Shown: positions 18,305-26,524 of the stretch, piece after piece
Numbering within the stretch: the stretch's first letter is position 1
How the letters are laid out: each line of letters opens with the position of its first letter
NCBI GenBank assembly: GCA_036676395.1
Contig: JAKFCY010000002.1
Location: 1,952,001 to 2,016,000, forward strand
Reading direction: 5' to 3'
DNA: 64,000 nt
Source: Bdellovibrio sp.
Lineage (GTDB): Bacteria; Bdellovibrionota; Bdellovibrionia; Bdellovibrionales; Bdellovibrionaceae
Program-made: the position numbers and the translations under genes
The notes under the pieces: generated by a model
The model's database searches: none
What the model saw: the letters and a program-made list of their open reading frames with translations, nothing else
Told to the model about the DNA's origin: nothing

Positions 18305-18766
18305 TTACTTTTGACTAGCGACTCCCCGTTTGCACCAGTTGATTTTTTCTTTGGTTTGGCCTTCGTAGGCATAAGCTAGATTATTTTTAATCAAAGTTTC
18401 AGCGACATCTTTACCATCGATTTTAACATCAGCTAAGATGCGAAAATATTTATCACGTTCGATATTTACTAAATCAATGCGCTTAGAATTTTTAAGCATA
18501 TTCTCAACTAAACGTTTTGAAGTTCTTGCCATATCTTTTTCGCAAGGAAGTTTACCTTTAATTTCTGGCGAGTCGATATGCTTTATGCGAATACTGATTT
18601 TTTCGCCAATTAAGGGGTGCACACCCGGAATATTAAAGGTGATCGTATCGGCGTCGTAATTTTTAAGATATTTAACACAGGCAAAAGAAGTTGCCGTGTG
18701 GGTGCAGTCATTAGCTAAACTGTACTGTGTTAATAAAAAGAAAAAAGCTGCTATTAATATTTTCAT
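18305..18766 (-). CDS. Secreted thermonuclease (SNase-like)
   Basis: Signal peptide; YDADT, IRIKHIDSPE, RDKYFRILA, L..NLA..Y. Confidence 0.85.
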   Translation of the reverse strand: MKILIAAFFFLLTQYSLANDCTHTATSFACVKYLKNYDADTITFNIPGVHPLIGEKISIRIKHIDSPEIKGKLPCEKDMARTSKRLVENMLKNSKRIDLVNIERDKYFRILADVKIDGKDVAETLIKNNLAYAYEGQTKEKINWCKRGVASQK

Positions 18767-18810
18767 AAGAAAATGTTAACATGCAGCTTTTATTTGAAAA
18801 GAAGAAAATC

Positions 18811-18833
18811 CTATCTTGGCAGATTCTAGATGC
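18811..18833. repeat. Direct repeat, copy 1 (CTATCTTGG-CAGATTCTAGATGC)
   Basis: Identical to 19640-19663 apart from a 1-nt indel. Confidence 0.85.
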
Positions 18834-18853
18834 GGTTTTTTTATTTTTGTGAC

Positions 18854-19621
18854 TTAAAATTGGGCTTTAAATTTTCCGATTAAAGTAAATAACCTCATGG
18901 CATAAGCAGATACTTTATTTTTTGCTTTTAAGTCTTGTCTTTTTTGCGATAAATAATATGCGTCATAATCTGAAAGTTTAGCCTCGACCTCGGCGGACTT
19001 ACCAATATCGTAAAGACTTGCATGCGTATATCGACTGACCCATAAATCGAGCTCGGGTGTATTAGATCGGGGTATATAAAAATAGTCTTTACTTAACCAA
19101 TGTTGTGAAATTAAAAATTTTGGAATTTGTAATTCAAAGATGACGCCTTTTTCACTGATGGATTTTCCATACATTAAGCCTGACGTATAAGCGATGGCAT
19201 CCTTTAAATTTCTAGAGCCAAAAATTCCATTATTAATGCCCACTCTAAATGGAGGCGCAATAAGATTTCCTCCAGGGGTATATCTTACATAATAGGGGTC
19301 ATGTTGACTAACTTCTACAGAGACCCCTCTGTAAAGAGTCACCATTTCTAATGTCTTATTTTCAATTTTTTCAATAATCTTTCCTGACAACTCAGGATAA
19401 AACTCAACAACTCGCGCGGCAATTAATGGATTTATACCGGCAGAAATCATCGTTTGCAGAGAATTCACCTTAGCTTCGTGAGTTACAATGGCTTCAACCC
19501 TAGCTCTAGAGTCATTTTCATTTAAAAATAAATCTGAACATTGTGGGCCAGCATAAGTAATGCTTCCAACAAAGAACATGAATAACAACAATGAATATTT
19601 TGCTTTCATAAATCTTTCCAT
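18854..19621 (-). CDS. Secreted protein with ADP-ribosyltransferase-like motifs
   Basis: Signal peptide + GPQCSDLF; VTLYRG ... GIFGSRNLKDAIAY ... GVIFELQIP; start may be the ATG at 19609. Confidence 0.5.
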   Translation of the reverse strand: MERFMKAKYSLLLFMFFVGSITYAGPQCSDLFLNENDSRARVEAIVTHEAKVNSLQTMISAGINPLIAARVVEFYPELSGKIIEKIENKTLEMVTLYRGVSVEVSQHDPYYVRYTPGGNLIAPPFRVGINNGIFGSRNLKDAIAYTSGLMYGKSISEKGVIFELQIPKFLISQHWLSKDYFYIPRSNTPELDLWVSRYTHASLYDIGKSAEVEAKLSDYDAYYLSQKRQDLKAKNKVSAYAMRLFTLIGKFKAQF

Positions 19622-19639
19622 TTCACTTAGTGGTGAATA

Positions 19640-19663
19640 CTATCTTGGGCAGATTCTAGATGC
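19640..19663. repeat. Direct repeat, copy 2, forming the last 24 nt of the PTP-like gene
   Basis: CTATCTTGGGCAGATTCTAGATGC, including the stop codon. Confidence 0.85.
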
Positions 19664-20242
19664 ATCTTCTGCTGAAATTTTTAAATCATCAAACAATTGA
19701 AATTTCTGAATACGTAAAATTTTACCGTTCGGAACATTGGCAAACCAGTACGCCTGAGCTTGTTGTGGTGTCATTCCGCAGAATTGAATTAATGCATATG
19801 CAGCCATTTCGCCTGATGCATGCCAGCCGTTCCAGCAGTGAACATACATTGGTCCTTTTTTGTTTTCGATAATGTCTTTTACTTTTGTTAAAAAAGTTTT
19901 TACTGCTGGACGGCTTCTGGTATCAGGACCAAAATTTGTGTACTCAACACCATGAGTTGCACTTGGTCTTTTATCCCAACCGTAAGGATACATATAAACA
20001 GCAGCTGAAAAGCCTTTATCGGCCAAAGATTTTAAACCAGTTTCATTTAATGGAACTTGTCCGCCCACTGAATTACCACCGCGGTATAAAACACCCGGAA
20101 TAACTACGCGATAATTTCTTAAACCAGAAACCTTTTCATGAGTCGCTTCAGTGTTTTTCATAAGATCGTTTAAAGACACTTGTTGAGCGTTTGCAGTAAA
20201 AGCGATCAAAAGGGTTAAAATTGAAATTAATGTTTTCATCAT
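19640..20242 (-). CDS. Secreted protein tyrosine/dual-specificity phosphatase-fold protein with atypical P-loop
   Basis: Signal peptide; NYRVVIPGVLYRGG; GPMYVHCWNGWHASG in place of HCxxGxxRS/T. Confidence 0.65.
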   Translation of the reverse strand: MMKTLISILTLLIAFTANAQQVSLNDLMKNTEATHEKVSGLRNYRVVIPGVLYRGGNSVGGQVPLNETGLKSLADKGFSAAVYMYPYGWDKRPSATHGVEYTNFGPDTRSRPAVKTFLTKVKDIIENKKGPMYVHCWNGWHASGEMAAYALIQFCGMTPQQAQAYWFANVPNGKILRIQKFQLFDDLKISAEDASRICPR

Positions 20243-20351
20243 TACTCCTGTAATAAGGATTAACTCTGCAAAATCATGCGCTGTCTCAGATTGAGAATCA
20301 GGTCTTTAAAACTGATTAAATGAATTCAGGATTACTGGCTACTGTACAACC

Positions 20352-20834
20352 CTATTGAGATGACAGAATTTGGTAGACACCATCTGGCGAAAGCCCGGGT
20401 AAGCCGTTTAAAGCCTGGTACGACGCTGGCCAAGCCTGTGAAAACACCATCGGCTTGGGAGCTAAATCCAAGAGCTTAGCGATTAATTCAGAACAATAGA
20501 TTTTCTCGTCATCCCAGATATAACCATGATCGAAGGGTTTACCAAGCATTACATTAACTTTAGCTTCATCCAGTTCTTCAAGATTTTGAACTTCAACGTA
20601 TTCTAGGATTTCGCCCATTTTCTGAATTTTATCAATAGTCACAAGCTCAACACCTCTATAGGGATGAGCTTGCAGCCATTGACCTTTATAAGAAATCGCA
20701 GAGTGGGCAAAACGAGCACCCGGTTCAAGTTGAATGACGTTACCGTAGTAATCTCGCATCTGAATAAATGCGACCATGACTTTAGCTTGCACAGAAAAAG
20801 AAAATAAAATAATCGTGGCTGCGACAAATTTCAT
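20352..20834 (-). CDS. Secreted YiiX/YebB-like permuted papain (NlpC/P60) amidase
   Basis: FAHSAI, LGKPFD, KIYCSELIAK and SP motifs, with His before Cys. Confidence 0.8.
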   Translation of the reverse strand: MKFVAATIILFSFSVQAKVMVAFIQMRDYYGNVIQLEPGARFAHSAISYKGQWLQAHPYRGVELVTIDKIQKMGEILEYVEVQNLEELDEAKVNVMLGKPFDHGYIWDDEKIYCSELIAKLLDLAPKPMVFSQAWPASYQALNGLPGLSPDGVYQILSSQ

Positions 20835-20839
20835 AAAAC

Positions 20840-21403
20840 TTACTTTACAAAAACTTTTTCACTTTGAGTAACTAACATCGCAGCCATTGTATTTTTTAGC
20901 AGGTCACCCAGCAAAAATGGATACAGGCCAGCAACGAATAAGCCTTCATGCGGAATAAAAAATGATAAGCCCACAAGACCGAAAGTAAAAACACAAACGC
21001 TGCCAAGGTAACTGGCCAGTAATGTTTTTTTAAATGATTTAGTCCAACCGATGTCACTTAAATAGCCCATAACAATAGAGCCCGCTAACATTCCAAATAA
21101 ATAGCCGGTGGTTGGCCCGCCAATACCCGCTTTAGCCGCGGCAAAGATCGGAAACCCTGCTGCACCTAACAGTAAATAACTAAGCACTGAAGAAAAGCCT
21201 CGCTTAAAACCCCACATCAACGCAATCAGCGCGACGCCAAAAGTTTGTCCGGTGATCGGTACCGGTGTCCAAGGCAGCTGAATTGAAACTTGCGCCAATA
21301 AACTTAAAACGATAACACCGCTGGCGATAGCAGCCAGGTTATAAGTGAGTTGATTTCCACGAGAGATAACAAAGCGAGACACTAAGGCTTGTGAATTTTT
21401 CAT
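20840..21403 (-). CDS. bioY: Biotin transporter BioY
   Basis: PVPITGQTF, YLLLGAAGFPIFA, GPTTGYL, PFLLGDLLK; ATG at 21403 preferred over TTG at 21466. Confidence 0.92.
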   Translation of the reverse strand: MKNSQALVSRFVISRGNQLTYNLAAIASGVIVLSLLAQVSIQLPWTPVPITGQTFGVALIALMWGFKRGFSSVLSYLLLGAAGFPIFAAAKAGIGGPTTGYLFGMLAGSIVMGYLSDIGWTKSFKKTLLASYLGSVCVFTFGLVGLSFFIPHEGLFVAGLYPFLLGDLLKNTMAAMLVTQSEKVFVK

Positions 21404-21495
21404 AACCTGGATCCTAGAAAATATTTCTGCGTCATTGTAGTAAAAAAAAGTAATTTTAGGTTTCAATTATTGAACTACTAAACTATATTTCGCCC

Positions 21496-21942
21496 ATGAA
21501 AATTACAAAATACCTTGATGCCAGCCCCGTATTTGCCCTGAATAGTGCCTATGAAACTATTGTGTCGGACATCAACCGCACTTTGAAATCTGAAGATTCA
21601 AACTTACTGCAAGGCTTAGTTTTAACGGCACTTTTTTTTGAAGATAAAGACAGCATTACCCCGTCTCAGCTGGCCAAAGTGTTTCACACCAGCCGCGGCA
21701 ACATCAGCCATATTGTTTCGCATTTAGAATACAAAGGCTGGGTTAAACGCCTGGTCAGCCCAAAAGATGCCAGGCAGTTTATGATTATTTTAAAACCTGA
21801 AGGTCGAAAAAAAGCACTTAAGCTTGTTAAATATTACGATAAAATTCAGGATCTTTTTGAAAACCATTTAGGCGCAGCCCCTTGCAAACAGACTGCAGAA
21901 AATATTACGAAACTTAAAGAGAGTTATCTTACTTTCGGCTAA
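21496..21942 (+). CDS. MarR-family regulator divergent from bioY
   Basis: TPSQLA...SRGNISH..SHLE.KGWVKR...KDAR...LKPEG winged helix. Confidence 0.85.
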   Translation: MKITKYLDASPVFALNSAYETIVSDINRTLKSEDSNLLQGLVLTALFFEDKDSITPSQLAKVFHTSRGNISHIVSHLEYKGWVKRLVSPKDARQFMIILKPEGRKKALKLVKYYDKIQDLFENHLGAAPCKQTAENITKLKESYLTFG

Positions 21943-23533
21943 AACGGCCCATGACTTTTTTGCCGATTTTACCGAATTCATTCGGAAACAAGCGCACACC
22001 AATGGCAAAAAATCCAATCAGCACTAGAGCAATGGTGATCGATAAAGCCAGATAGCCAGCCATATACCCATTTAAAATAAAATTTAACTGGGCAATAAAA
22101 AACACGATCAATCCAACGAAGGCAAACTTCACAAGGCTTTGTAAAAATTTAAGATACGGAAAATCAAAAATTAAAAAATTATAAAACACTAACAACATCG
22201 TAAGATTTACTGCAGCCGATGTCGTCGTAGAAATCATCAACCCCTGCACGCCCCAACGAGCCATTAAGACCGGCGCTAAAAAAATATGAATCACTAAACA
22301 GCCACCTGATAACATCGCCGGAAACCACGTGTTCTTAATCGCATAATAAGCTGGAGTCAGAACTCGCACCCCACTTGAAAAAACCATAATCCAGCAGTAA
22401 GTTTTTAAAATTAAACTGGCCGTATGCACATCATCTGGCGTGAAGCGACCGCGGCCGAATAATAAATCCATAATCGGTTCGGCTAATACAAATAAGCCGC
22501 AGGCTGCGGCGATTGAAACGAATAAATTTAATTCTAAGTAATGTCTAGTTTGCTCAGCCATTTCAGATTTTTTATCTTGCACCCAGTATTTTGATAACAC
22601 CGGTAATAATGCTGTGCCAAGACTCACTGAAATTAAAGATAACGGCAGTTCAATCAAACGATCGACGTAATTAATATAAGAAATGGTTCCTTCTTTTAAT
22701 GACGAAGCAAAACGAAGATTCACGATGGTTGTAAATTGCAATAGCCCTAAGCCAACAAGGCCTGGCCCCATATTGCGAAAAACTTTTAAGGTGTCTTTGT
22801 TTTTAAAATCAAAAGAAAGCTTTGGAAAATACCCACAACGGCGCAGTGCCGGAATCAAAACTGCAGCTTGTAAAAATCCACCAATCAAAACACCCCAGGC
22901 CAATTGTGTTCCATTATTTTGCGCAGCTTCTGACAACCAAGATTTTGGCCATAAGGTAGAAATCACCATCGCCAGATTCCAGAATGTTGGGGCTAAAGCT
23001 GGCCAAAAAAATTCTCCGAGGGCGTTTAATATCCCCATAAAAAAAGCAAAGCTTGAGATAAAAAACACAAAACCAAACATGATTTGCGCCATTTGTTTGG
23101 TGATCAGGTATTTTTCGGTATTGGCGATATATTCTGGGTCTAAAACTAAATGCAATAAAGCATCAGATCTTAAAATGCCCAAAACAGTGATCACCGATAG
23201 GATCATTAATAAAAGCGTGTACAATGAATTGACCAGATTTTGGGCTCTTTCACGGCTATCGTGATTGGCTTCGACAAAAATGGGGATAAAACTAACAGAA
23301 AGCGAGCCTTCACCCAAAAGCCTGCGAAACATGTTGGGAATTCGAAAGGCCGCAGCCCAGGCATCGGTAATTTGTTTATCAAATAGCGCAGCTAATAGAC
23401 TTTCGCGTACGAGCCCTAAAGCTCTGCTCGTCATCGTTCCAAATGCCATCTTTAAAGCATTTTTAAGAATCCCTGCTTGCTTAGGTTTATTTGGTGTGTT
23501 AGCTATTTGTGTTCGTTCTGAAATGTCAGACAT
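21929..23533 (-). CDS. murJ: Lipid II flippase MurJ (MviN)
   Basis: SRALGLVRE, AFRIPNMFRRLLGEGSLS, DRLIELP, LFGRGRF. Confidence 0.95.
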   Translation of the reverse strand: MSDISERTQIANTPNKPKQAGILKNALKMAFGTMTSRALGLVRESLLAALFDKQITDAWAAAFRIPNMFRRLLGEGSLSVSFIPIFVEANHDSRERAQNLVNSLYTLLLMILSVITVLGILRSDALLHLVLDPEYIANTEKYLITKQMAQIMFGFVFFISSFAFFMGILNALGEFFWPALAPTFWNLAMVISTLWPKSWLSEAAQNNGTQLAWGVLIGGFLQAAVLIPALRRCGYFPKLSFDFKNKDTLKVFRNMGPGLVGLGLLQFTTIVNLRFASSLKEGTISYINYVDRLIELPLSLISVSLGTALLPVLSKYWVQDKKSEMAEQTRHYLELNLFVSIAAACGLFVLAEPIMDLLFGRGRFTPDDVHTASLILKTYCWIMVFSSGVRVLTPAYYAIKNTWFPAMLSGGCLVIHIFLAPVLMARWGVQGLMISTTTSAAVNLTMLLVFYNFLIFDFPYLKFLQSLVKFAFVGLIVFFIAQLNFILNGYMAGYLALSITIALVLIGFFAIGVRLFPNEFGKIGKKVMGRFSRK

Positions 23534-23553
23534 ACTTTACTGGAGGTTATACC

Positions 23554-23826
23554 TTGGCACAACATAAGTCAGCAGCTAAAAGAGCTCGTCAAGCCGTTAA
23601 GAAAAACGCTATCAATACAGCTCGTAAATCTACTGTTCGCACAGCTGAAAAAAGCTTAGCATCAGCAATTAAAACTAAAGACGTTAAAGCTGCTCAAACA
23701 TTATTGTCTAACTACGTTAGCAAAATCATGAAAGCCGCTCAAAAAGGCGTTATGACGAAACAAACTGCAGCTCGCAAAGTTGCTCGTTTATCGACTCAAG
23801 TTTTTAAAGCTACTTCTGCTAAATAG
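23554..23826 (+). CDS. rpsT: 30S ribosomal protein S20
   Basis: GGAGG SD then TTG at 23554; AQHKSAAKRARQ...AAQKGV..KQTAARKVARL. Confidence 0.95.
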   Translation: MAQHKSAAKRARQAVKKNAINTARKSTVRTAEKSLASAIKTKDVKAAQTLLSNYVSKIMKAAQKGVMTKQTAARKVARLSTQVFKATSAK

Positions 23827-23844
23827 TAGAAATACTTCGAAACG

Positions 23845-24219
23845 CTAAAGCGACAATTTGAACTTTTCTTGTTCATGACTAGTCCGAGCTACATAGGCTC
23901 GGATTTGTCGTTTTAGCGACAAACTCACGTCTGTGAAACTTAATCCATACACAGTATGACCAGGCTTCGTGCTGAACCCATCAACGGTGTTTTTCACAAC
24001 CGCACGCAGGCAAAAGAATCCCCCATTCGGGATATAAAAATTAACAACAATAGGACTATTCATATCTAAGGCCATTTCGGTTTGAAATGAAATGCCACCT
24101 TCACCTATTTCTACTCCGCCAGTAACTTCTGAATACCCTTTACAGGTAAATGCCACAGGTTTTTTAAAGTGTGTGCGGGGATATTTTCTTTTCGGGGCGT
24201 CTTTGATATGTGCATCCAT
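23845..24219 (-). CDS. Stand-alone PilZ-domain protein
   Basis: RKYPR and EIGEGG motifs; YGLSF. Confidence 0.8.
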   Translation of the reverse strand: MDAHIKDAPKRKYPRTHFKKPVAFTCKGYSEVTGGVEIGEGGISFQTEMALDMNSPIVVNFYIPNGGFFCLRAVVKNTVDGFSTKPGHTVYGLSFTDVSLSLKRQIRAYVARTSHEQEKFKLSL

Positions 24220-24226
24220 ACTGTAC

Positions 24227-24254
24227 TTATCGGTAGTCTAGATTCAAATCCTAA
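24227..24254 (-). promoter_or_regulatory. Sigma28-like promoter of the PilZ gene
   Basis: TTAG/TAGG-N15-16-ACCGATAA, ending 7 nt before the ATG. Confidence 0.5.
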
Positions 24255-24338
24255 CCTGCAAATTCAAACTAGACCTTAGGCTAGCGGTCTAAGCGGATGC
24301 GCATACCCTTTTAAGACAGTTTCGATATGATCATAGCC

Positions 24339-25484
24339 ATGAAAAAACACACTCTATTTTTGACAGCATTGATCACATCTACTTTACTTTTCAACTGCGC
24401 AGGCACAGGACCTCTTTTAAATAATTCAACTAACAACGGTGCGAAAGCTAAAGCCCGCCCGATGTTAGATTCATCGAAAGAATCGCAATTAAATATTCCC
24501 TACCGCAGCCTTGATACCGATAAAGAACTCACGTTAATCGGCCTTGGTTCATGTTCAGATCAAAACTTGGCTGAACCCATCTGGAAAACGATCAAACAAG
24601 CTAACCCCCAACTTTTTATCATGATGGGTGATAACGTTTATGCTTCTCGCAAAGAAGACAAACCCATTATCGACCAGTACATCAAAATGAATCAAATTGC
24701 TGAATACAAAGAATTGCGCGAAGCGATTCCATTTTTAGCAACTTGGGATGACCATGACTATGGCCAAAATGATGGTGGTTTTGATAACCCAGAAAAAGAC
24801 GAAGCCCGAAGAGCATTTCTAAATTACTGGAGCTACTTAAAATTCACGATGCCTAAAGACCAACAAGGTATTTACCACAGCCGCATCATCGGTTCAAAAA
24901 ATCGCAAAGTGCAAATCATTATGCTAGACACGCGCTGGGACCGTTCAGCTCTTGTTAAAAATCCTGAATATAATGCGACAACCAATACCGAACAGCCGCC
25001 AAAAATCTTTTTACCCACAGACGACAAAAATGCACGTGTTCTTTCAGAAGCACAATGGAAGTGGCTAGATCAGGAATTAGCAAAGCCTGCGAATCTACGC
25101 CTGATCGTTTCTTCAATTCAAGTGATCGCCAATGATCATTACTTTGAAAAATGGGGAAACTTTCCAAAAGAGCGTGAACGTTTTTTCAATTTGTTAAAAA
25201 AACACAAAGCTAAAAACACAGTGATTTTATCGGGTGACCGCCATTTATCAGCCGTTGCCAAAGAAGAAGTTAAAGGTTTAGGAACAATTTATGATGTGAC
25301 GGCCAGTTCGCTAAATAGACCTTCACGTAATTTAACACCTGAAGTTGATAAGACCTACACAGCGCCAAGTGTTTTAAAACCAAATTTTGGAGTGCTGTTG
25401 ATTGACTGGAGCAAACGCACTTTATCAGCCAAAATTATGGATGAAGAAAATAAAGCTCAGATCGAACAAGATATTAAATTTTAA
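24339..25484 (+). CDS. phoD: PhoD-family alkaline phosphatase lipoprotein
   Basis: Lipobox LFNC; GSC, GDNVY, WDDHDY, LDTR, SGDRH. Confidence 0.88.
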   Translation: MKKHTLFLTALITSTLLFNCAGTGPLLNNSTNNGAKAKARPMLDSSKESQLNIPYRSLDTDKELTLIGLGSCSDQNLAEPIWKTIKQANPQLFIMMGDNVYASRKEDKPIIDQYIKMNQIAEYKELREAIPFLATWDDHDYGQNDGGFDNPEKDEARRAFLNYWSYLKFTMPKDQQGIYHSRIIGSKNRKVQIIMLDTRWDRSALVKNPEYNATTNTEQPPKIFLPTDDKNARVLSEAQWKWLDQELAKPANLRLIVSSIQVIANDHYFEKWGNFPKERERFFNLLKKHKAKNTVILSGDRHLSAVAKEEVKGLGTIYDVTASSLNRPSRNLTPEVDKTYTAPSVLKPNFGVLLIDWSKRTLSAKIMDEENKAQIEQDIKF

Positions 25485-25502
25485 TTAAATAGTTATTTGA
25501 GC

Positions 25503-26462
25503 CTACTTGCGTAGGCTTATATTCGAATCGATCGGTGAAAGCCAACCTTTCACCACGATGTAGATAAATAATGCGCTTGAAATAAATAGCATCAACACGA
25601 TCGATGCCAAAAATCCCCACTCATTCTGTAAGCCCGGAATATGAGTAAAATTCATTCCGAATACACCAGCAATAAAATTTAACGGTAAAAAGAAAATCGT
25701 TAACACAGTTAATACGCGCATGATCTCATTGGTGCGAAGTGAGGCTTCGTTCGTGCGCTGTGAAGCGATCGACAAATGTAATCCTAACAACCCTTGTGTG
25801 TTTTCAAAAATATCATCGGCATAAAACTGATACCGTTCTAATTTGTCGCGGCTATCTTGCCATAAATCTTTTTGCGCAAGTCTTGTCATTACTTCTAATG
25901 TGTATTTTAAAACTTTGCGATAAGCTGAAGCTTTGCGCTTGATGTAATAACCTTCTTGTAAAAGCGCTTTAGAACGTTTGTGATTGAAAATATTTTCTTC
26001 AAACTTTTCCATGTTAGCTTCAAGCTGATTGATCGGGTTTTCAAACGCCAAGGCGGCTTGCTCGAACATCAGACCCATCAAGGTTAAGACACTTACATCT
26101 TTAAGATGGTCTTCGGTTAAGGCATTTACAGTACTTGCGACCTCTTTGATCACTGGAAGTTCGGCAATGCGGTGAATAGTGATCACCTGCTTTTCGTGAA
26201 TAAAAATCGCTATTTTTGTAGTCAATTCTTGCACGCTATCAGCTTTGCCTTCTGAAACTGGCTCTGGAATACGCAAAATAACAAAGCGAGTCGACCCATA
26301 GGTTTCAACATGGGGTAGGTAATCGGGATTCAAACAGTTTTGAATTATGCTCTCAGGCAAACCTAAAACGCCCGCTAGCTCATTATATTGAGTCTGAGTC
26401 GGCGCTGCATAGTTGAGCCATTGAATTTCTCTATTTGAAAATAATTTTTTACCATTTGCCAT
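25503..26462 (-). CDS. corA: CorA-family divalent cation transporter
   Basis: NEIMRVLT..T.FFLPL..IAGVFGMNF signature with two C-terminal TMs. Confidence 0.88.
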   Translation of the reverse strand: MANGKKLFSNREIQWLNYAAPTQTQYNELAGVLGLPESIIQNCLNPDYLPHVETYGSTRFVILRIPEPVSEGKADSVQELTTKIAIFIHEKQVITIHRIAELPVIKEVASTVNALTEDHLKDVSVLTLMGLMFEQAALAFENPINQLEANMEKFEENIFNHKRSKALLQEGYYIKRKASAYRKVLKYTLEVMTRLAQKDLWQDSRDKLERYQFYADDIFENTQGLLGLHLSIASQRTNEASLRTNEIMRVLTVLTIFFLPLNFIAGVFGMNFTHIPGLQNEWGFLASIVLMLFISSALFIYIVVKGWLSPIDSNISLRK

Positions 26463-26524
26463 AGTTTTGCTACTTTACTTCGATTATTGTAAGGGTCGTG
26501 CCAAAGGCACGCAAGGAATTACGC

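Noticed and set aside
23509..23553. N-terminal extension of rpsT overlapping murJ
   Set aside because: GGAGG SD and S20 homology place the start at TTG 23554; the divergent rpsT-murJ arrangement is common
26489..26510. Sigma54 promoter for corA (TTGGCACG-ACCC-TTAC, minus strand)
   Set aside because: The -12 element lacks the conserved GC, and the site is part of a GTGCC-AAA-GGCAC hairpin
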